A stretch of 64,000 bases of DNA from Candidatus Norongarragalinales archaeon (lineage in GTDB: Archaea; Micrarchaeota; Micrarchaeia; Norongarragalinales; Norongarragalinaceae). The position numbers and the translations under genes were made by a program. Positions 58,266-64,000 of this stretch are shown here, in pieces. The stretch lies in the NCBI GenBank assembly GCA_038884755.1, contig JAWABJ010000001.1, positions 416,001-480,000 of the forward strand, in the 5' to 3' direction. Each line of letters begins with the position of its first letter. The first letter of the stretch is position 1. The notes below the pieces were generated by a model that ran no database searches, was not told where the DNA came from, and worked only from the letters and a program-made list of their open reading frames with translations.

Positions 58266-58934
58266 TCAAACCTTGATTTTCTGGTAGTCGTCTATCTCCT
58301 TTTGCGATATGGAACAACCGGCGTAGCGTAACGCGTATATGGAAGAGTGGAAAACCTCGTTTTCGTCCGGCGCGTAGGACTCGAAAAACCCGTTTTGCGC
58401 TGCGAAAGCAACGAGTTCAGTCGAGCGCATGGCTGGAAACGCGAAGCGTTTTTGAAAATAGCTTAAGGTTTTTTCGTTCGTCTTCGTTTCCCCGTGCTCC
58501 GCTTGCATGAGGAAAAAAAGTTTTTTCGCGTCTTCTATGAGCAGGCGCGTAGTTTTTTCGTCGATGAGCAACGCCTTCGCCTGCAACGGCGAAAGCAGAG
58601 CAAGGCATTGCGCCTCGCCTTGCTGGATTATTTTCAACGGCTTTTCGGCGTAGAAAAGCGAATTCGCTGCATCCATTATTTTTTCGGCGTCGGAATAAAC
58701 CGAGGCGTTTGAGGCTACGCGCACCGTGCCTTGGTTGAGCAAGTGGTTTATTCGCGCTGCGGAATAGGAATACCTTCCGACTTTCCTGGGCCTTTCAACT
58801 ATTTCCGCCTGCACCGCCGGGGGGATTACGAAATCAACGCCGAACTTGTCTTGCAGAAATGAAAGAACTCCGAGAGTGCAGGTTTCCGCTAGGGAAATCA
58901 GGCTGCTGCTGTCGCAGACAAGGGTTTTGCGCAT
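58266..58934 (-). CDS. PIN-domain-like protein
   Basis: VCDSSSLISL, V..E, GEA..LAL, LIDE acidic residues. Confidence 0.7.
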   Translation of the reverse strand: MRKTLVCDSSSLISLAETCTLGVLSFLQDKFGVDFVIPPAVQAEIVERPRKVGRYSYSAARINHLLNQGTVRVASNASVYSDAEKIMDAANSLFYAEKPLKIIQQGEAQCLALLSPLQAKALLIDEKTTRLLIEDAKKLFFLMQAEHGETKTNEKTLSYFQKRFAFPAMRSTELVAFAAQNGFFESYAPDENEVFHSSIYALRYAGCSISQKEIDDYQKIKV

Positions 58935-58940
58935 TGGAAA

Positions 58941-59483
58941 TCACGAGAATATTTTTTTCGCGTCTTGCATTCTTTGCGCGACGCTCTTGGTAACGTACTT
59001 TTCGGGCATTTTGGTCGCCGAAATGTACGAGGAAAGCTCTTTCTTGTCAGCGCCGCTGAGTTCCGCCGCGGTTCCGAGCGAAGCACCGCGCGCGTAAATC
59101 TCCGCGCCCGCCTTGAGCTTCGCCTTTTCGATTATCCCGAAAACGAAACGGCCCAAGTCAGCTCCCAGTCCTTCGATGAGAGAAAGGCTTTTTCCCAGGC
59201 GGTCGAAAGCCTGTTCCTGTTTTCCCGAGCTCCAGTCTTGCAGGGATTTGTCCAAAACCGCGATCAAGCTTTTCCTGAACGAAGCCCAAGAGGGGTCGGC
59301 TAGAATGTAAGGCTTTTCCAAAAACTTGGCGCAGCAATATGCCACTATGCTCAACCGAACGTTTTCCTTCTCATAGTGGATGAAAGCGTCGCCTGCAAAC
59401 TCTTCGCTCAACCTTTTAAGCTCGGGAATGTTGCCCTTTTCGAAAGCGTTGCGCAACGAAAGCAAATGCTGCTTGAAATCCAT
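58941..59483 (-). CDS. hypothetical helical protein with C-terminal HTH-like segment
   Basis: Clean ORF co-oriented with the PIN gene; GASLGTAAELSG. Confidence 0.7.
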   Translation of the reverse strand: MDFKQHLLSLRNAFEKGNIPELKRLSEEFAGDAFIHYEKENVRLSIVAYCCAKFLEKPYILADPSWASFRKSLIAVLDKSLQDWSSGKQEQAFDRLGKSLSLIEGLGADLGRFVFGIIEKAKLKAGAEIYARGASLGTAAELSGADKKELSSYISATKMPEKYVTKSVAQRMQDAKKIFS

Positions 59484-59658
59484 GGGTTCTTAAGTGGTTG
59501 CGGGAATAAAAAAGAATCGAGAACAGGACTAAAAAAAACGATTATCGGAATATGCTTTGAACATAAATTGACTTTTGCACTTAAAATGGGCTTACTGCAC
59601 ACAAATACGACAAACGACGAAAGAATCCAGTGGAAGGCCTGAAAATCTCTCAAAAGTC

Positions 59659-59907
59659 TTATTTTTGGCCTCTTCCGAATAGGTAGCCAATAAGTGAGGC
59701 AATAACCCATCCGTTTGTTTCCATTGTCAACTTTTCTTGCCAGTTGAGTATAAGCACGGTTGCCAACACTGCAAACACGATTATAGTGGTCATTTTGGCA
59801 TTCTGCTTAGATAGGTCGTACCAGCGGTCAGCCACCATTCGAGCAAACTTATTCTTGTCAAGCTCACGTAAAACGTCAGTAAGACGTTCATCATCAGTTT
59901 TTGCCAT
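59659..59907 (-). CDS. small 2-TM membrane protein (transposon cargo)
   Basis: Charged N-terminus, two hydrophobic helices ending IGYLFG; AGGT SD-like site upstream. Confidence 0.65.
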   Translation of the reverse strand: MAKTDDERLTDVLRELDKNKFARMVADRWYDLSKQNAKMTTIIVFAVLATVLILNWQEKLTMETNGWVIASLIGYLFGRGQK

Positions 59908-59915
59908 AAACTTAC

Positions 59916-60200
59916 CTACCCTATTTCTTTTCTCAGCTTTTCAACCTGATTTTCAAAGAGATATGTGGTTTTATCAGTTCTATCGTAGCTACTTGCAGTT
60001 GTAACGGTTCCTTCATCATCTAAGTCAAAAAAGAGCGTGTAATGTTTATCCCCCTTGTTCTCATGGAGAAAATCCAAAAGATTTTCCCTTTTTATTAGGA
60101 AGAACACGTCTTTCCAGACGCTTTTCCGTTTTGGATGCAAGATTTCTTTTGGAATCGGGATGGTTGCATGAATCATAACCCAATCGGTATTTAGGTCTTC
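59916..60200 (-). pseudogene. 3' fragment of an unknown gene (cargo)
   Basis: Protein-like frame EDLNTDWVMIHA...KLRKEIG; its apparent N-terminus is only the off-frame overlap with the upstream gene. Confidence 0.4.
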
Positions 60201-60669
60201 AACTTCCTTTCTCAAAATCAGAATCAAGCGTAGTTTGTTCTTTTCCTTTCTTGATTTTTTCCAATACGTTTTCAGAGCGTTTTTCCCTAACAAAATCGAT
60301 TAACTTGGGTTTTACTATCCCAATAGAAACATCTGTGTCTTTTACTTTCTTAGCTAATTCTGAATAGGTCGTCATATGCGGTTGTAAGAGTTGTTTGATT
60401 TTAGTCCAACTTTCTTCTTGAAGGCACGCGATAGTGTCTTCTTTTATTTTCATGCTTTCAATTCGCTTGTCTTCAGGCTTTTTTCCTATTATTTCATATT
60501 CAATCCAGCTTTTTTTCTTAAAGCCGTTATTCCAAAAATGTTCCCAGCTTACCGGGTAAATGCGCCGTAACTCTCCAGCGTCAGTAATTCCCGCTATGCA
60601 AACGAGATGTTTGTATTTGCTGCTGGTTACGGGATAGGCTTTAGCGAGAACCAATAGCTTTTCGTTCAT
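60199..60669 (-). CDS. DUF488-associated (dual-OB-like) protein, probably truncated
   Basis: LVLAKAYP..S.KY...VCIAGIT..G..RIYPV, D.R.ES, SIGIVKP; start overlaps the DUF488 stop. Confidence 0.6.
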   Translation of the reverse strand: MNEKLLVLAKAYPVTSSKYKHLVCIAGITDAGELRRIYPVSWEHFWNNGFKKKSWIEYEIIGKKPEDKRIESMKIKEDTIACLQEESWTKIKQLLQPHMTTYSELAKKVKDTDVSIGIVKPKLIDFVREKRSENVLEKIKKGKEQTTLDSDFEKGS

Positions 60670-61433
60670 AAATCGACAACCTTGAAACCGTTTTCAACAA
60701 GCTTTTCTTTGATAATGCTTCGGTGGCATTTTTCCACGTCTTTTTCGAAGCACATTATCGCAGTTTTTCTTATGTTGGATACCGCACCTAAATCTTGGAT
60801 TTCCGCTATGACGTCTTCATCATTAATGTGTTTCCGATATTCTCCAAAAAAATGTGTGTAATCCCAATCCTCGTGCAGTTTATCCCGAAGGGCTTTTGGA
60901 GAACCGAGAGAGGGAAAGTGTTTATAGCGTATTCCCGCTTGTTTCAAGCGAGCTTCTAAAATTCCTTTTGAAAAACCGTTTTTCCTGCTGAAAGCAAGTT
61001 GCCTAACGTCCGTTAATTGCTTTATGCCGTTTTCTTTTAGTTTTTCGATAAACTGGTCGATGTTTAGCCCTTCATAGCCTATCGTGAAAATCGTCTTGTT
61101 TTCTAAAGTCCAGATTATCGAGTTGTCCACTTTAAACCGCTTCAAACCAATTTCGTGTTCTAACTGCCTTACCCACTTGTTGTTAGGCAGTTTTTCAGGA
61201 AAGTTTAACTTTTCCTTGATTTCAGACCAAGTTAGGCCGTCAGGATGTCTTTCTAATAGTTGCTGGATTGACGTTTTGAACTCAGAAAACAAGGGCTTAA
61301 CGCCCCTTGTTCTTGGCTTATCCCAGTAAGGCGAATGACACTTTGGGCATACTCTTGGTGTTGCTTCTTTTCGGTTTATCCATTCATGACCGCAACGCTC
61401 GCACTTATAGCCTTCGAGCGTAATTTTACCCAT
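60666..61433 (-). CDS. Zn-ribbon + wHTH + DUF488 fusion protein
   Basis: CERC..W...CPKC.SPYW; GLTWSEIK..L wHTH; TIGYEG, DVR...SRK.GFSK, Y.H...LG, CFE.....CHR. Confidence 0.82.
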   Translation of the reverse strand: MGKITLEGYKCERCGHEWINRKEATPRVCPKCHSPYWDKPRTRGVKPLFSEFKTSIQQLLERHPDGLTWSEIKEKLNFPEKLPNNKWVRQLEHEIGLKRFKVDNSIIWTLENKTIFTIGYEGLNIDQFIEKLKENGIKQLTDVRQLAFSRKNGFSKGILEARLKQAGIRYKHFPSLGSPKALRDKLHEDWDYTHFFGEYRKHINDEDVIAEIQDLGAVSNIRKTAIMCFEKDVEKCHRSIIKEKLVENGFKVVDL

Positions 61434-61509
61434 AATAATTGATTAATAGTAACACTTAAATACCTTTACGGGCATATGTTACTAATAATAACATATTAGT
61501 AGTAAAGAG

Positions 61510-62580
61510 TTGAGACAGACGAAAGATGATGAAATTCTCAGGATATTACAAGGTGGGCCAGGTTCAACTGATGCCCTGGTTAGTCTCGCAACTCGCCAGC
61601 TTCAAGCCAAGAAATGGCAGGCGTATAACGAATCCCAAACAGAGGAAAAGCTCTGGTTTCTGGACTTACTGGCTGATTTGACGCAGCAAATCGAGTGGCA
61701 ACCGCGAGGTGGAAAAGGCCGTCCGCAGGCGAATTTACCGGAAATGGTTTTTTCCTGTGTTTCTAAAGTCTACGAAGGCCTATCTTCTCGCAGAGCTACC
61801 TCCGACTTAGAATTAGCTCACCGCCGAGGGTATTTGTCGAAAGTCCCGCATTTTAACACGGTTCTGAAGTTCTTGAACGAGCCGGAACTTACTCCAGTTT
61901 TCACTAAGCTCATTGAGATTTCAGCTTTACCGCTAAAGCCTTTTGAAAGCACGTTTGCTATTGATGCTTCAGGGCTTTCGAGCGCCTTTTACTCTCGCTG
62001 GCTCGATTACCGCTTTAACGATGATAGGCGTTTTCATGATTGGATTAAAGTGCACTTGATGTGTGGAGTCAAAACCCACATCGTCACGGCAGTTACAGTT
62101 ACTGACGGCCATACTCACGACTCACCACAATTTCCAACGTTGTTGGGGATTACGAAAAAGCGGTTTAATGTGGATGCGGTTTGCGCAGACTTGGGTTATT
62201 CGTCTCGAAAGAATGTTCAAGCTGCTTGGGACAGCGGAATCGCCCCGTTAATTCCTTTCAAATCGAGTGCTACGGGAAAGAGTTTGGGTTCGAAAGCGTG
62301 GACTAAAATGTACCACTGGTTCAAAATGAATCAAGAAGACTTTTACAAACGCTACCACGCCAGGAGCAACGTTGAAAGCACGTTTAGTGCATTGAAGCGA
62401 AAGTTTGGAACTAAGCTAATGACTAAGAAAGAAGTAGCCCAGACTAATGAGGCCTTGTGCAAAGTCTTGTGTCATAACCTAACGGTTTTGACTTTTGAAT
62501 CCCATTGGAATAACTTCAAAATCGACTTTGAAAAGGCACAGGACGAATCGTTGCACACAAAATCGGATGATTGCACATAA
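61510..62580 (+). CDS. DDE transposase (IS4/IS5-like, DDE_Tnp_1-type)
   Basis: AIDASG, K.H, ADLGY, YHARSNVESTFSALK (YREK motif). Confidence 0.9.
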   Translation: MRQTKDDEILRILQGGPGSTDALVSLATRQLQAKKWQAYNESQTEEKLWFLDLLADLTQQIEWQPRGGKGRPQANLPEMVFSCVSKVYEGLSSRRATSDLELAHRRGYLSKVPHFNTVLKFLNEPELTPVFTKLIEISALPLKPFESTFAIDASGLSSAFYSRWLDYRFNDDRRFHDWIKVHLMCGVKTHIVTAVTVTDGHTHDSPQFPTLLGITKKRFNVDAVCADLGYSSRKNVQAAWDSGIAPLIPFKSSATGKSLGSKAWTKMYHWFKMNQEDFYKRYHARSNVESTFSALKRKFGTKLMTKKEVAQTNEALCKVLCHNLTVLTFESHWNNFKIDFEKAQDESLHTKSDDCT

Positions 62581-62640
62581 TTTCAATTAAATCTATTCTT
62601 AGAGGGGAATTTGTGTGCAAAGTTAATCGGAATAGAAAGC

Positions 62641-62669
62641 TTTTTATATAGTCATGATGTCATCATGAC
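62641..62669. promoter_or_regulatory. TATA box followed by a perfect palindrome
   Basis: TTTTTATATA then GTCATGATG-T-CATCATGAC (62651-62669). Confidence 0.6.
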
Positions 62670-62761
62670 ATAATCGCGTTGGAATCGTGATGCGCTCACG
62701 TCCCACGAGTAAATAGACAACGCGAAGGTTGCTTAAAAAGGTTTTGAAAAAGGGCTGGAAA

Positions 62762-63199
62762 ATGTCGTCTGAGGAAGACTTTCGAGTGGTTTCGGAAGAA
62801 TTCAACGAAATGAAGAGAAAGTATTCAGATCCGATTTTCCTGGGAAGCATGCTTTCGAAAGTAGCGGAAGAAAAGACTTCGTTCAACCTCGTGCTCAAGG
62901 AGATTAACGCCAAGCTCGACAAAATCATCGAACTGGAAGAAAGGATATCCATAATAGAACAGAAAATGCAGTCAGCGCAACCCTCTATGCAGGAAGGAAA
63001 GAGCTTCATCTCGGAAGTGGACGGGGAAATATTGAAGTTCGTAGGAAAGAAGGGCGTTTGCACTGCCGAGGAAGTGCAGAGGAAGTTCAACTACAAGGGC
63101 GCGAACGGGGCAAGCGCCAGGTTGAACAACTTGTTCAAAGCAGGGCTTTTGGACAAGAAACAGGCAGGAAAGAAAGTGGTTTTCTTTCCCAAGGCATAG
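62762..63199 (+). CDS. coiled-coil + wHTH DNA-binding protein
   Basis: Heptad-like LKEINAKLDKIIELEERI; TAEEV...F.Y...N.ASARLN.L...GLL.K...G. Confidence 0.75.
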   Translation: MSSEEDFRVVSEEFNEMKRKYSDPIFLGSMLSKVAEEKTSFNLVLKEINAKLDKIIELEERISIIEQKMQSAQPSMQEGKSFISEVDGEILKFVGKKGVCTAEEVQRKFNYKGANGASARLNNLFKAGLLDKKQAGKKVVFFPKA

Positions 63200-63212
63200 G
63201 AAATCGCGATGA

Positions 63213-63337
63213 TTGAACCGCCGAGGCGCAGATGAACAAAAAATCTTTTTGATGCGCTGGGGCGCAGTTCAACCCACCTTCACAGTTCGGGATGGGGGGA
63301 TTCCCACCACCCCCATCCCACCCACACCTTTTTTTTC
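63213..63337 (+). ncRNA. candidate structured RNA / 3' element with K-turn, second hairpin and poly-T
   Basis: Hairpin 63213-63272 with GCGCA-GAT-GA / GA-TGCGC; hairpin GGGATGGGGG/CCCCCATCCC 63289-63319; T-run ~63328-63337. Confidence 0.4.
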
Positions 63338-63387
63338 GGACGTTAAAGCTGGCGCTGTCTAGATTCAAAAAAAAATCGGGAAATCTT

Positions 63388-64000
63388 TTAGATGAATTCT
63401 ATGTCTTCGCTTTCTATGCTCTTCCTCGAGCCGGCCATTCCCCTGCCCGAGCCGTGAACGCTTTTGCCCAGCACGTACGGAGACTGGATTCCGGTGAATA
63501 TTGCAATAGCTTCAATCTTTCCTTCCATGCTCGGGTCTATCCTCGCACCCCATATGACCGTGGCGTTGGGGTCGACTTTTTCGGTAAGCATTTCCCCGAT
63601 TTGGTTGCACTCGCCGAGAGTCATGTCGGGCCCTCCGGTAACGTGCAAAAGCACTCCGGTCGCGCCAGTATAATCGACGTCAAGCAAAGCGTGGTGCAGA
63701 GTGTTTTCCACCACGTCTTCCACGCGGTTGGGTCCTTTAGCCTCGCCTACGGCAATCATGCTCACGCCGCCGTTCGTCATTACGGCGCGCACGTCCGCGA
63801 AATCCAGGTTGATGAGAGACGGGGTGGTGATCGTTTCAGTAATTCCGCGCACCGCCCTTGCTATAACCTCGTCAGCGACGTTGAACGCCTGGTCGATGGG
63901 CAGATTGGGCACTATCTCAACGAGCCGGTTGTTGTCTATTACGATGAGCGTATCCACTTGCTCTTTGAGCGTCTCGATTCCCTTGTCCGCCTTTTCCAAA
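63388..64000 (-). CDS. ftsZ: cell division protein FtsZ (3' part)
   Basis: LIVIDNNRL, AF.VAD, PSLINLDFADVR, VIWGARI. Confidence 0.97.
   Translation of the reverse strand, partial: LEKADKGIETLKEQVDTLIVIDNNRLVEIVPNLPIDQAFNVADEVIARAVRGITETITTPSLINLDFADVRAVMTNGGVSMIAVGEAKGPNRVEDVVENTLHHALLDVDYTGATGVLLHVTGGPDMTLGECNQIGEMLTEKVDPNATVIWGARIDPSMEGKIEAIAIFTGIQSPYVLGKSVHGSGRGMAGSRKSIESEDIEFI

Larger units (their letters stand above)
59553..62625. mobile_element. ~3.07 kb cargo-carrying DDE transposon
   Basis: TIRs CTTTGAACATAAATT (59555-59569) / AATTTGTGTGCAAAG (62608-62622); ATCGGAATA direct repeat at 59544-59552 and 62626-62634; AT-rich; encodes a transposase. Confidence 0.85.

Noticed and set aside
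63213..63285. H/ACA guide RNA
   Set aside because: K-turn present, but there is no clear bipartite pocket and the ACA is not directly after the basal stem

Overview
Archaeal chromosomal DNA, most consistent with a DPANN/Micrarchaeota-type organism (an inference from intron-containing tRNAs without encoded CCA, S26e, NucS, AglB, FtsZ and GGTG-type Shine-Dalgarno sites). 1-21.4 kb holds housekeeping and stress genes, tRNA-Glu, tRNA-Val with a T-loop intron, and an intron-containing tRNA-Leu followed by a decayed integrase relic. 21.5-58 kb is a ~36 kb N-glycosylation locus anchored on aglB, with a 2,3-diacetamido-uronic-acid pathway plus acetamidino-, formyl-, methyl- and amido-modifying enzymes. 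58.1 kb is tRNA-Ala. 59.55-62.63 kb is an AT-rich ~3.07 kb DDE transposon with terminal inverted repeats, subterminal repeats and a 9-bp target duplication. It carries a Zn-ribbon/wHTH/DUF488 fusion, a truncated DUF488-partner-like gene and a 2-TM protein, a candidate mobile defence module and the best candidate for an undescribed system. The window ends with a wHTH gene, a K-turn-containing intergenic structure and the 3' part of ftsZ. All protein calls come from motif recognition by eye, with no database searches.
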